Positions 11,242 through 23,508 of a stretch of DNA of 64,000 bases are shown here, one piece after another. A program made the translations under genes and the position numbers. The DNA comes from Torpedo marmorata (taxonomy: Eukaryota). The notes beneath the pieces were generated by a model that was not told the DNA's origin, searched no databases, and worked only from the letters and a program-made list of their open reading frames with translations. The stretch covers positions 10,540,001 to 10,604,000 of the forward strand of contig OZ360234.1 of assembly GCA_977017645.1 (NCBI GenBank), given 5' to 3'. The first letter of the stretch is position 1. Each line of letters opens with the position of its first letter.

Positions 11242-12297
11242 CTAGCAGGATACCCGGCATTGCCCGGGCTTTGCTCCACAATGTTGGCATACCTCTGACA
11301 TGGAGCCAATTACAACTGCATTAATGGAAGAATACTCAATGTCAATTGAGTAATTGAATGCAGCATTTAGCAGGTTGGCTGTAGTAAATGGTGCTGCCCT
11401 TCGCCTGGTGGCTTTTGTTCGCATTGCTTGGAGTCTTGCTTGTTCTTCCTCAGCAGACTCTTGTTGTCTGCTCATGGAATGCCTGGCGGCATCAGCACTG
11501 AGGCGAGCTTGGCGTTGTTCCTCAGTTTCCTGCTGCCTGCTCCTTGTTTGTCTGGAGGCCTGAGCACTGAGGCGGGCCTGGTGTTGCTGTTCTGTTTCCT
11601 GCTGCCTGATCCTTGCATGTCTGGAATCATCAACAGTGAGGCGAGACTAATGTTCCTCTGCTGTCTCTTGCTCTCCTTTGTCTAACTCTACGGGCTTGTG
11701 AAGAGCTTCTGCCAATGTTGCTTTGTTTTTTTGAGGTGTCTCTGGAGCAAGTTCAATTTTTTTTGAACTTTTGAACTTCATATGACCTTAAAGGTTAAAT
11801 TCAATGAGGTCATGACATTCAGCATCAAATGTCACCACAATTATAGTAAACAGTAATGCAAGTCAGTGCATAGTAAATACTTGTATAATAAACAGTAATG
11901 CAAGTCAGTGGAAGCTGGTCAAAAAACACTTTTGAACTTCATATGACCTTAAGGTTAAATTCAATGTGGTCATGACATTCAGCATCAAATGTTACCCCTA
12001 CTGAACCTCCTTGGACATTTCTAGAGTGCTCTTAGCTGGTCAAAAAACACTTTTGTACTTCATAAAAATCGCTATATCGATTCCCTGAGGCTGTACAGTC
12101 ATTTTCACCATTTTGTCCTCCTGCCACGTCAGATGACCTTAAAGGTTAAATTCAATGTGGTCATGACATTCAGCATCAAATTTTACCCCTACTGAACCTC
12201 CTTGGACATTTCTAGCGTGCTCCATATTGATTTGCATGGAGAACAGACAAACAGACATACATGCACAAATATATATTAGATTAGATAGAAGAGAAGA
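11242..12297 (-). mobile_element. Non-autonomous Helitron (internal deletion derivative)
   Basis: Minus-strand 3' end is the hairpin CCCGGGCAATGCCGGG plus TATCCTGCTAG|T; the 5' end is TC-rich (exact end uncertain, 12280-12297). Encodes a RepHel N-terminus: SNIGRSSSQARR, ETEEQ.QARL repeats, AAFNY...VVIGSMSEVCQHCGAK. Confidence 0.8.
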
Positions 12298-12353
12298 TTA
12301 TTAAGTATATTAGTAAGGCTTTATCTGTAAACTTGAGGGGGGGGGTTAATTAT

Positions 12354-12434
12354 GACAGCGGCACGGTTAGTGTAGCGGTTAGCGTAACACTGTTACAGCG
12401 CCAGCGCCTGGGGTTCGAATTTAAATTTAAATTT
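12354..12434 (+). mobile_element. V-SINE head fused directly to its AT-rich tail
   Basis: GCGGCACGGTTAGTGTAGCGGTTAGC...GGGGTTCGAAT followed immediately by TTAAATTTAAATTT. Confidence 0.7.
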
Positions 12435-12553
12435 TGTCAGTTACTGGAAATACTTGATTAAAGTGAACTTTACATAATTAAGGACTACAATACTGATTTT
12501 TTTCAAATTAATTTATTTTGCACTATCCTTCGTCCTTTAAACTGTTTATTCTT

Positions 12554-13183
12554 TTTTTTTTTTTTTTAATATTTTATTTAAATTTTTAAATCACACATTA
12601 CATAAAATAGTTTGCATATAATTAAAAAATACATGTGATTACATTTTCTCCCCCCCCCTTCCCACCCTCCCCTCCCTAACCCCTATATCCCCTTAATCTA
12701 AACTTAAAATAAAATAAAATAATAAAAGAAAAAAGAAAAAAAAGATAGAAAAATAGAATGAGGAGTTGATAAACTTAAAAATTAATATATCTTAGAGGTT
12801 GTTTCGCCAGCGGATCTGACATCCAGAGAATTTACAATGTTAAACCCATAATCCTCATATATGGGCCCCAAATTTTCAAAAAGAAATGATATTTATTTCG
12901 TAAATTATAAGTAATTTTTTCTAGTGGTATACATGATCGTAACTCTGCATGCCATCGCTCTAAATTTAAATCAACATCCGATTTCCAAGTAATAGCTATA
13001 CATTTTTTCGAAACTGCTAATACTATACGTAAAAATTCTACTTGATACATATTTAATCTATGTCTAATACTAAATTTTTTAATGTCTCCAAATAAAAATA
13101 ACATAGGATCCATTGCAATTTCAACATTAAAAATTCTTTCTAAAAAATTCTTAACTTTCAACCAAAAATCTTGAATTTTTGAA
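12554..13183 (-). mobile_element. L1 (subfamily Y) 5'-truncated insertion with polyA and 15-bp TSD
   Basis: TSD AAACTGTTTATTCTT at 12539-12553 and 13184-13198, TT/AAGA endonuclease-type site, ORF2 C-terminus at 12832-13161. Confidence 0.92.
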
Positions 13184-14034
13184 AAACTGTTTATTCTTAA
13201 TGCAAGGCACTGTAAGAGTGTGTCTCAGGCAACCAGAAAATTTTCATATCCGGCATTCGCAATCCCCGTAGGTCCCAGATACCGGAGATATTTCTGTAAC
13301 TCTAAAATGTATTTAAAATGCATAGGGGAAAAATGAGTTCATTTTTCTGGTTAATACCTTTCATTACAACTTAGTTGATCGGACCACAAATACTGCCTTA
13401 GCTGCTGAATATCTCCAGCATTTTCTTTTCTTTTTCAGTATTTCAGTATCTGCAATATTTTGCTTCAGAATCACTTTTTAAAAATGTTGCCTCGAGCTAA
13501 GTTATTAAATACTGCAGTTAAGTTATTTAGAATTGAAACATAAATGCATTATACACTTCTGTGTGAACTGACTTTGATTTTAGTCACAGCATTTCACAGA
13601 TACATTCCATGCTGACATAGTGTTATTAGGTTCTTAGAAAGAGAATAATAAGTATTCTTCCTTACTACCCTTTTCTACTCGGCAAAATAAAAGACGAAGA
13701 ATTCAAAAGAAGATTAAATTTGCAAAGCTCTGAAGATGAGGAGATGCTCTTGCCAGTCTCTGACTGAGCTTCTCTGGGAGTCATGGATCATTGATTTGTT
13801 TTACTTCCTAAATCACACACAACACTGAAAACTATTTCTCCAACATGAGTCACAGTATATGCCAACTGAATTGTTTTGGAAGAATAAAGCATTTCTTGTG
13901 GCAACGAACAAAGGAACATTATGTCCAAATTTTGGGGTAGATTTCAGCACAAATATTTCCAGCTGGAACATTGCTGCTGGGGTGTAGTGAAGAGCCTGGT
14001 AGACTGGTAGAGATGATCGGGGTCCTTGCGACAT

Positions 14035-15834
14035 CAAGTCAAGTCACCTTTATTTGTCGTTCATTACCATATACACAGTAAGACGAGATAGCGTTTCTCC
14101 AGGACCATGGGCAGATGTACATAAATATCATAATACAATAGAAGAACTATAACATGCTAATACACATATGTATCTAGGAATTGAGGAGCCTGATGGCTTG
14201 GGGGAAAGAACTGTTGCACAATCTGGACATACGAGCCCGAGTGCTTCGGTACCTCCTTCCAGATGGCAAAAGGGAAAACAGTTTACCAAAGGGGTGTGAG
14301 AAGTCCTTCACAATGTTATTAGCCTTCCTCCTGCATCGTGTGTTGTAGATGTCCGTCATGGTGGGAAGAGAGACACCAATAATTTTCTCCGCTGACCCCA
14401 CTATCCTCTGCAGAGTCTTTCGGTCCGAGATGGTACAGTTTCCAAACCAAGCGGTGATGCAATTGCTCAGAATACTCTCAATACATCCCCTGTAGAATGT
14501 AGTAAGGATAGAGGGTGGAAGATGAACTTTCCTCAGCCTTCGCAGGAAGTAAAGACGCTGCTGGGCTTTCTTGACTATGGAACTGGTGTTGAGGGACCAG
14601 GTGACACTCTCCGCCAAGTGCACTCCAAGAAACTTGGTACTCTTTACGACCTCAACGGTAGAGCCGTCCATGGTCAATGGAGAATGATCCCCCTGGGCCC
14701 TTCTGAAGTCGACAACCAACTCTTTTGTTTTATTTACATTCAGATGCAGGTTGTTGGCTCCGCACCATTCCATTAGTGACTGCACCTCATCTCTGTATGC
14801 TGACTCATCGTTCTTGCTGATAAGGCCCACCACGGTCGTATCATCAGCGAACTTGATGATGTGATTCGAGCTGTGTTTTGCTGCACAGCAGAGAGAACAG
14901 CAATGGACTAAGCACACAGCCCTGGGGAGCCCCCGTGCTCAATGTAATGACCTTAGAAGTGCTGTTTCCAATCCGGACTGCCTGAGGTCTTCCCGTCAGG
15001 AAGTCTAGAATCTAATACAGAGGGTGTTGTTTAGGCCCAGCCTGCTCAACTTCCCTATCAGGTACTGAGGTATGATCGTGTTGAATGCCGAGCTGAAGTC
15101 AATAAACAGCATTCGAACATACGCGTCCTTATTTTCCAGGTTGGTGAGGGCTAGGTGGAGGGTGGTAATGATGGCATCATCCGTAGAGCGGTTTGATCTA
15201 TATGCGAACTGCAGGGGGTCCAGTGAGGGGGGCAGCAGAAGCTTGATGTGCCCCATGACGAGCCTCTCGAAGCACTTCATGACAGTAGATGTGAGTGAGA
15301 CAGGGCGGTAGTCATTGAAGCAGGACACCATCGACTTCTTCGGCACGGGGATGATGGTAGCGGCTTTGAAGCACGTTGGAACCATGGCACTGGTCAGGGA
15401 GATGTTAAAGATGTCAGTGAGAACATCAGCCAGCTGGGCCGCACATCCCCTGAGCACTCTGCCGGGGATGTTATTTGGACCAGCAGCTTTCCGTGGGTTA
15501 ACCTTGCTTAACACTCTCCTCACATCGGCCACTGTGAAACACAGCCCTGATCATTTGGAGGAGGGGTGGTCTTCTTTGCCGCTACATCATTTTTAGCCTC
15601 AAAACGCGCGTAGAAGTTGTTCAGTGCATCTGGGAGGGAGGCATCACCAGCACAGTCAGATGGTGTAGTCTTGTGGTTGGTGATATCTTGAATGCCCTTC
15701 CACATGCGTCGCGTGTCCTTGCTGTCCTAAAAGTGACTCTGAATTCGCTGGGCCTGTGCACGCTTTGCCTCCCTGATGGCCTTAGACAGCTTGGCTCTCA
15801 CAATAGCTAGGGTTACCTTGTCGCCCGCACTGAA
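14035..15834 (-). mobile_element. Rex1/Babar LINE family B, 5'-truncated, frameshifted RT
   Basis: ORF pieces 15520-15705, 15005-15532 and 14174-14917 ([33 protein letters not shown]); (GACTT)n tail. Confidence 0.92.
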
Positions 15835-15849
15835 GAATGCAGAGAAGCA

Positions 15850-17110
15850 TACATTGACATGGAAAAGGAGAAGGAGAAAGGCCAACACTGTTTTTCAGGA
15901 GGTGGCAAGAAAGAGCAATGTTTTGCAGTTGTGTGACAGGTATGCAGTCCATACAACCTCTGAGAACAAGAGCAGAGACTGCAGGGAGGATGAGCAAAGT
16001 GACTACAGTACCATGGATATCGGGGAATTATTCATGATGGTAGAGGGAAAGGAAACAGAATAGAAACAGGAGAATCAGGAGAATATGGCATAGCCACTGA
16101 TCTCTGCAGTGACAATCATGAGTCCCAAAAGCTACGTCACCTGCTCAGTCAAGATTAAGAAAATCTACTTCAGGCTGGGGAGAAACTTAGAGCAGACAAA
16201 AGATTCAGCTTCTGCAGCCCTTGTTTAAACCATTGACATAGAAAGGCTGAAGAAGTGGGTTCTACTGAAAGAATTAGAATTTAAAAACTGAAGTTTGAAA
16301 TGCAGATTCCCATTGGTAACAATCTCTGAATTATTAGCTGAACCATGTGCAGATAAGATCAGACAGTTAAATGCATGGCTTAAGGACAGAAATGGGTTTT
16401 GATTCATTGCACGTATTGAAATGAGGGAAACTGTTTCACTGGAATGGGCAATGCCTGATTTGACTTGAGACCAGTGCCTGAGCAAATTAAGTAACTAGGA
16501 CTGGGGTTAAAGCTGAAAATTAAATATCCCAGCAGGCCGGGGGAGTGAGCAGGTTCTCGAGAGAGGAAATACAGAATGGTGAAGAGGAAGCAATTGTCCA
16601 GAGTAGCTTCATTGGTAATGAGAACTAGAAACTGTCAGGAAGAGAAAAAGCAGACAAACTTCTGAGAACACCTCCAACTTCGGTCAGAGGAGATACATAA
16701 TACGAAATAGAATGTTTTTGAAGAATCTGAATGCATGCAGTATTTGGAAAAAGACAGATAATTTAACATCATTGATAGAAATAAATGGGTGCAATCTTAT
16801 TATAATAGCATGGTTCGAAAGTAACCCAGGTTAGGAATTCACAGGGTCGGTGTGTATATGGAACAAGCGACCAGAGCAAATGGTAGAGGCGGGTACAATT
16901 GTGGCATTTAAAAGACATTTAGATAGGTTCATGGATCGGAAGGATATAAGGATATGGACTGAATGCAAACAAATGAGTCTAATATGGCGAGGTAATTTGG
17001 AGGCATAGTAGCACTGATAACAAAGAATGGTATGAAGGATTGGAGCTCAGAAAAGCAACACCAGTTTGGGTGGAGCTAAAAAACACCAAGTAGCATAAAC
17101 CATAAATGTG
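15850..17110 (+). mobile_element. Highly decayed CR1 (ORF1 esterase-like remnant, ORF2 endonuclease start, piece of a CR1 3' end)
   Basis: Degenerate ISELLAEP..KIRQLNAWLKD (~16320-16390) and LNACSIWKKTDNL...IEING (~16727-16790) resemble the CR1 ORF1 SGNH domain and the APE start. Confidence 0.5.
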
Positions 17111-18177
17111 AGCAATTGAGCTTTCCTATGGCTGAGGCCCATTGCAGAGCTCAAACAATACGAAGTGTTTGTATGTTCAGATCTAAATCTTCTTTTCATA
17201 TTCCCCTTCTCCCACAATCTGATTTAAATGCAGCAAACGGTTTAGGAAATAACCTGCTAGATTTCTGGCTCTCCACTTTCTCTGCCTTTCTCCTGCGGGT
17301 ACCCAAGAAATAAAATGTATCCAGGTATCATGGAAAAGCACCAGTTGCAAAAATAGGCAGAAACTGACACTCAGAGCCACCAGCATAGACTCAGATAATG
17401 TGAGTAGTTTAGCTTGTTGTGTGAGCTGCATGTGGTTGGACATCAGATATGACTGGCCTGCTGCCAGAATACAAGAATAGCAGGGATGTCAACTTTCCAG
17501 CTTGCATATAAATTCTGCTGTGTAAGAATCAGACAAGGATATTCATGGGGCAGTCCACAGAAGGCAGCTGATGGCTATGCAAAATGAAATGCTTAGTCTA
17601 TTTGGAACTTTAGTGCATGGAAATGGTAGACAGCTGTATTAACATGCTAATGTACAAAGCCAATGTGAAGAGTCCAATGGACTCTCCATTGCTATGCAAG
17701 CAGAAGACACACAACATCTTGATGCTGCAATGGGAACTAAACTGTTGTCATACAGGCTGAAGTTGCTGCTATCATTGTTGTGGATACAAGTGTTTTACAA
17801 GGCTTGCAGGCAAGCTCTGTATCAGAGTACTAGGATTAATTAAGTACTCCCTAATAGTACGGTTTCATGTAGCATCACTCTACTCTCTGAAGTTGGCAGC
17901 CTTCATGATCTCAGCTCCTCCACTGTGCCAATGTCCTTGCTGCTGCCCATTTTCCTACCAACCAAGATTCTTGTCCTTCAGGATGACATGGTGAACTCTG
18001 AAACCAGGCCTTCAAAGGTCCCGAGTTACTTGAAGTCACATCTGACCAACCTTAATCTCCCCAAATGAAAATGAAGATCTTCTACAAGCTGCGCTGCAGT
18101 TATTGGCAAAAGCAGCTTCCAGGATTGAAAAGATCCTGACATGTTGTTATCTTCTCTGAATAGGGAACATCTATCAC

Positions 18178-18715
18178 CTGTATGCAGTTGTGTTCACCTA
18201 GAAATAGGAAGGATGTCATGAAGCTCGAAGGAGAACAAAAAGATTCACAGGATATTACTTGGACTGGAGAACTTGAGTTATAAGGAGGGGCTGGATTTGC
18301 TGGGGCTTTTTTCATTCGAATATAGGAGGCTGAGGTGTGAACTTATAATGGTATATAAAATCATGAGGATCATAAATAAGGTGATTGGTCATTGTCTTTT
18401 TCTCCAGAATAGAGGACTGAAAAAGTGAGGGCATTGACTTAAGGTGAGAGGGGTAAGACTTAAAGGGGACCTAAGAGGTATTTTTAAACAGAAAAAGAGG
18501 GTGGTGGGTATGTGGAATGAGCTCCAGATGAAGTGGAAGTTACGATGTTTAAAAGACAATTACAAAGTTTAAAAGACATTTGAACAGAAACATGGATAGT
18601 AATGGTTTTGAGATATATGGGCCAAATGCAGGCAAATGGAATAGGCTTTGGTAGACAACTAGCTCAGGTAGGCAACTTGGTTGGCAAGGATAAGTTGGGC
18701 AGAAGGGTCTCTTTC
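18178..18715 (+). mobile_element. Decayed CR1 3' fragment
   Basis: Degenerate YRKDV..LE..Q.RFTR..LSYKE.L..LGLFS.E.RRLR region, similar to 43287-44123. Confidence 0.7.
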
Positions 18716-19755
18716 TAGTCAAGTCAAGTCACCTTTATTTGTCGTTCATTACTATATACACAGTAAGACGAGATAGCGTTTCTCCAGGACCATGGGCAGA
18801 TGTACATAAATATCATAATACAATAGAAAAAACTATAGCATGCTAGTACACATATATATCTAGGAATTGAGGAGCCTGATGGCTTGAGGGAAAAAACTGT
18901 TGCACAGTCTGGACGTACGAGCCCGAGTACTTCGGTACCTCCTTCCAGATGGCAAAGGGGAAAACAGTTTACCAAAGGGGTGTGAGAAGTTCTTCACAAT
19001 GTTTTTAGCCTTCCTCATGCATCGTGTGTTGTAGATGTCTGTCATGGTGGGGAGAGAGACTCCAATAATTTTCTCCGCTGCCCTCACTATCCTCTGCAGA
19101 GTCTTTCGGTCCGAGGTGGTACAGTTACCAAACCAAGCGGAGATGCAATTGCTCAGAATACTCTCAATGCATCCCCTGTAGAATGTAGTAAAGATAGGGG
19201 GTGGGAGATGGACTTTCCTCAGTCTTCGCAGGAAGTAAGGACGCTGCTGGGCTTTCTTGACTATGGAACTGGTGTTTAGGGACCAGCTGAGACTCTCCGC
19301 CAAGTGCACTCCAATAAACTTGGTATTCTTTACGACCTCAACAGTAGAGCCGTCCATGGTCAAAGGAGAATGATCCCCCCGGGCCCTTCTGAAGTCGACA
19401 ACCAACTCTTTTGTTTTGTTTACATTTAGATGCAGGTTGTTGGCTCCGCACCATTCCATTAGTGACTGCACCTCATCTCTGTATGCTGACTCATCATTCT
19501 TACTGATAAGGCCCACCACGGTCGTATCATCAGCGAACTTGATGATGTGATTCGAGCTGTGTTTTGCTGCACAGCAGAGTGAACAGCAATGGACTAAGCA
19601 CACAGCCCTGGGGAGCCCCCGTGCTCAATGTAATGACCTTAGAAGTGCTGCTTCCAATCCGGACTGCCTGAGGTCTTCCCGTTAGGAAGTCTAGGATCCA
19701 ATTACAGAGGGTGTAGTTTAGGTCCAGCCCCCTCAACTTCCCTATCAGGTACTGA

Positions 19756-22213
19756 TACTGGCGGTGAACTCCCTATCTGCCAAGGGAGTTCACCGCCATC
19801 AACCTGGTCGCAGTGTACATTCCGCCCCAGGCTAACGTCAGGCTGGCACTGGAGGGACTGAGCTCTGTGATAAACAGCCATGAGACAGCACATCCTGATG
19901 CCTTCCCGATCATTGTGGGAGACTTCAATCAGGCCAATCTGAAGAAGTCACTGACAAACTACCACCAACACATCACTTGCGAGACCAGGGGAACCAACAC
20001 ACTCGACCACTGCTACACCACCGTGAAGAACGCATACCGAGCCATACCACGACCGCACTTTGGCAAGTCTGATCACTTGGCTGTACTTCTACTCCCGGCG
20101 TACAAGCAGAGACTGAAGACCACAGCACCAGTGGAGAGGACGGCGAAAGTGTGGTCGAGGGAGGTGGAGGAGCGTCTGCAGGAATGCTTTGAATTGGTGG
20201 ACTGGAACATATTCAAGCACTCAGCCACAGACCTAAATGAATATGCAACAGGTGTCACTGACTTCATCAAGACCTGCGTGGATGAGTGTGTGCCCACGCG
20301 CAAATACCGGGTGTTCCCCAACCAGAAGCCCTGGATGAATCAAAGAATTCGCAACCTGCTGAGGACGAGAACAAGGGCGTTTAAGGCCGGGGACCGGGAT
20401 CTTTACAAAAAGTCCAGGAACGACCTGCGGAAGGCCATCTCTGAAGGAAAGTGGCAATTCCGAAGGAAGCTAGAGACAGAGACAGATACACGCCAGCTAT
20501 GGCAGGGAGTGCAGGCCATTACAGCCTACAAAGCGAGGGCGAACACTATAGACGGCTGTGATGCTTCACTACCCGATGAGCTGAACACCTTCTATGCCTG
20601 CTTTGAGAAGAAGAACAAAACAGTGCCTAATAGAATCCCTGAAAAGGCTGAGGACCCTGTGATATCTGTCTCTGAGGGCGATGTCAGAACATCATTCAAG
20701 AGGGTGAACCCTCGCAAGGCGTCAGGCCCAACGGCGTACCTGGCAGGGTATTGAAAATCTGCGCCAACCAACTAGCCAGAGTGTTCACGGACATTTTCAA
20801 CCTCTCATTGCGGCAGTCAGAGGTTCCCACCTGCTTCAAAAGGGCATTAATCATCCCGGTACCCAAGAAGAGTAGTGTGAGCTGTCTCAACGACTACCGC
20901 CCAGTAGCACTAACTTCTACTGTGATGAAATGCTTTGAGAGGCTGGTCATGGCCAGAATTAACACATACCTAAGCAAAGATCTGGACCCACTGCAATTCG
21001 CCTATCGCCACAATCGCTCCACAGCAGATGCAATATCGCTGGCTCTCCACTCAGCTCTGGATCACCTCGAAAACAGCAATTCATACATACGGTTGCTCTT
21101 CATCGACTACAGCTCGGCCTTCAATACCATTATTCCCTCAGTGCTGGTCGAGAAGCTACAAACTCTAGGCCTCTGTACCCCCCTCTGCAACTGGATCCTT
21201 GACTTTCTCATCGGAACACCACAGTTAGTACGAATTGGAAACAACATCTCCTCCTCACTGATTATCAACACAGGTGCAGCCCAAGGATGCGTGCTTAGTC
21301 CACTGCTCTACTCGTTATACACTCTTGACTGTGTGGCCAGGCACAATTCCAATGCCATATACAAGTTTGCCGATGACATAACAGTTGTCGGCAGAATCAC
21401 AAACGGCAATGAGGAAGCGTACAGGAGGGAGATAGATCAGCTCGTTGAATGGTGTAATGACAACAACCTTGAGCTCAACGTCAGCAAAACCAAGGAGATG
21501 ATTGTGGACATCCGGAGGAAGTCAGTGGAACACGACCCAGTCCTCATCGAGGGCTCAGTCGTGGAGAGGGTCAAGAACTTCAAATTCCTGGGTGTCAACA
21601 TCTCCGAGGATCTGTCCTGGAGCATCCACGTGGATGCAATCACAAAGAAGGCTCGTCAGCGGCTATACTTTGTGAGGTGTTTGCGGAGATTCGGTATGTC
21701 ACCAAAGACTCTTGTAAACTTCTACAGGTGTACCGTGGAGAGCATTCTGGCTGGTTGCATCACTGCCTGGTATGGTGGCGCCAACTCCCAGGACAAGAGT
21801 AAACTCCAGAAGGTTGTTAACTCGGCCTGTGACATCACAGGCACCAAACTTCACTCCATCGAGGACATCTACATGAGGCGATGTCTTAAAAAAGCAGCCT
21901 CTATCCTCAAGGACCCCCACCACCCAGGCCATGCCCTCTTCACTCTGCTTCAATCGTGGAAAAGGTACAGGAGCCTAAAGACGAGCACTCAACGGCACAA
22001 GGACAGCTTCTTCCCCGCTGCCATCAGATTCCTGAATAATCAATGAACGAAAGACACTACCTTACTTTTCGTGCACTATTGTTTATAATTTTTTATAGTA
22101 ATGTTGTTAGAATGGTTAATATGAATATTAATTGCACTATGATGCTGCCGCAAAACACCGAATTTCATGACTTGTTCATGACAATAAATTCTGATTCTGA
22201 TTCTGATTCTGAT
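19756..22213 (+). mobile_element. Rex1/Babar family A, 5'-truncated within the endonuclease, nested in family B
   Basis: TSD TCAGGTACTGA at 19745-19755 and 22214-22224; (GATTCT)n tail. Confidence 0.93.
19813..22046 (+). pseudogene. Rex1/Babar APE endonuclease (partial) + RT, with one frameshift near 20730
   Basis: VYIPP, VGDFN, LDHCY and SDH endonuclease motifs; RT with KFADD. A 1-nt loss relative to the 3144 copy at GGCCC(T)GA. Confidence 0.9.
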
Positions 22214-23178
22214 TCAGGTACTGAGGTATGATTGTGTTGAATGCCGAGCTGAAGTCAATAAACAACATTCGAACATACGCGTCCTTATTTTCCAGGTGTG
22301 TGAGGGCTAGGTGGAGGGTGGTAATGATGGCATCATCTGTGGAGCGGTTTGATCTATATGCGAACTGCAGGGGGTCCAGTGAGGGGTGCAGCAGAAGCTT
22401 GATGTGCCTCATGACGAGCCTCTCGAAGCACTTCATGACGGTAGATGTGAGTGCGACAGGGCGGTAGTCATTGAGGCAGGACACCGTCGACTTCTTCGGC
22501 ACGGTTATGATGGTAGCGGCTTTGAAGCACGTTGGAACCACGGTACTGGTCAGGGAGATGTTAAAGATGTCGGTGAGAACATCAGCCAGCTGGGCCGCAC
22601 ATCCCCTGAGCACTCTGCCGGGAATGTTATCTAGTCCAGCAGCTTTCTGTGCTGTATGTTTATAACTCTATGACATATTGCACAACAAGAGGCACCAAAC
22701 AGTGTGATGTTGTAAACAATTGTAATGGAAATTCAAGGTCACAGCAGCTAGTAATGCAGTCCTTACTCTGCTTTGAAATTGAAGTGGAAATTGCAGCAAG
22801 CAAAAGATTTCAGTGAAGACACCCTCAATGAAGTTCAGATAGTTTGTATTGTGTTCCATATAAAGGTTTCTGTTGGAAAATTAACCTCTCAAAATGAGTC
22901 AAAATGGCTTCTGACTGAGAGCCTTTCTTTTTCTCGTCGATTGCTTTGCTTGTTTCTTGTGGTCATTTTTTTGGCATTCATACCAACTGCCATACCCATG
23001 CCTCAGATCCAGTGGCTTGTGTAGATGCCTTGTAGTCAGCGCAAAGGACTGGGTTTTGGGTCTCATGAGCAACTTGAGAAAGTTAAAGAATCCTAGATTG
23101 AACCAAGCACTTAAACAATCATTGCAATAGCTAGCAGGGAGAAGCCAACTGGAAAGTAATTCATGAGAATTTTCAATA

Positions 23179-23508
23179 CAGAAAAAGTCCAAAAATCCGG
23201 ATGCCAGAAATCCCGACCACTTGAGAATCCGGACATCTTGAAAACTCTCAGCTTTTGCGTACATGCATGTGTAAGCGCTGCAGATGCACAGCGGCAACAA
23301 GCGACCATGTGGAAGTCACAGAAATGTAAGAGAAAAATATTTATTTGTTTTCTTTGTAATTTGTAGTTTATATGAAAAAAATTGTTTCTCTCATAAACTA
23401 TCAAAATTTATCTGTTTATTCTCCTTAAATTTGAATTTGAAAAGTACTGCCCAAGAATCCAGAAAATCCGAAAATCCAGACCGACCCTATCCCCGAGCAT
23501 CAGATTTC
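23179..23508. mobile_element. Tigger/mariner-type MITE, right TIR lost
   Basis: TA|CAGAAAAAGTCCAAAAATCCGGATGC left end with internal AAATCCG repeats; runs directly into L1 sequence. Confidence 0.6.

Larger units (their letters stand above)
10858..13296. mobile_element. Tigger/mariner-type MITE hosting three nested insertions
   Basis: TIRs CAGTAAAATCCCCGGTATC / GATACCGGAGATATTTCTG with TA on both sides; same family as 43205-44227 and 45409-45627. Confidence 0.8.
18719..22651 (-). mobile_element. Rex1/Babar family B copy split by a family A insertion
   Basis: ORF pieces 22176-22613, 19530-19736 and 18860-19603 are collinear with the 14035 copy; (GACTT)n tail at 18719-18731. Confidence 0.92.

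Noticed and set aside
11770-12230. Three spaced repeats resembling a CRISPR array
   Set aside because: The units are long (50-120 bp), the intervening sequences are partly duplicated too, and they lie inside a Helitron.
13630-13767. 45-codon open frame after an AG (VLRKRIISILPYYPF...) as a terminal exon
   Set aside because: Weak polypyrimidine tract, no recognisable homology, and a length compatible with chance.
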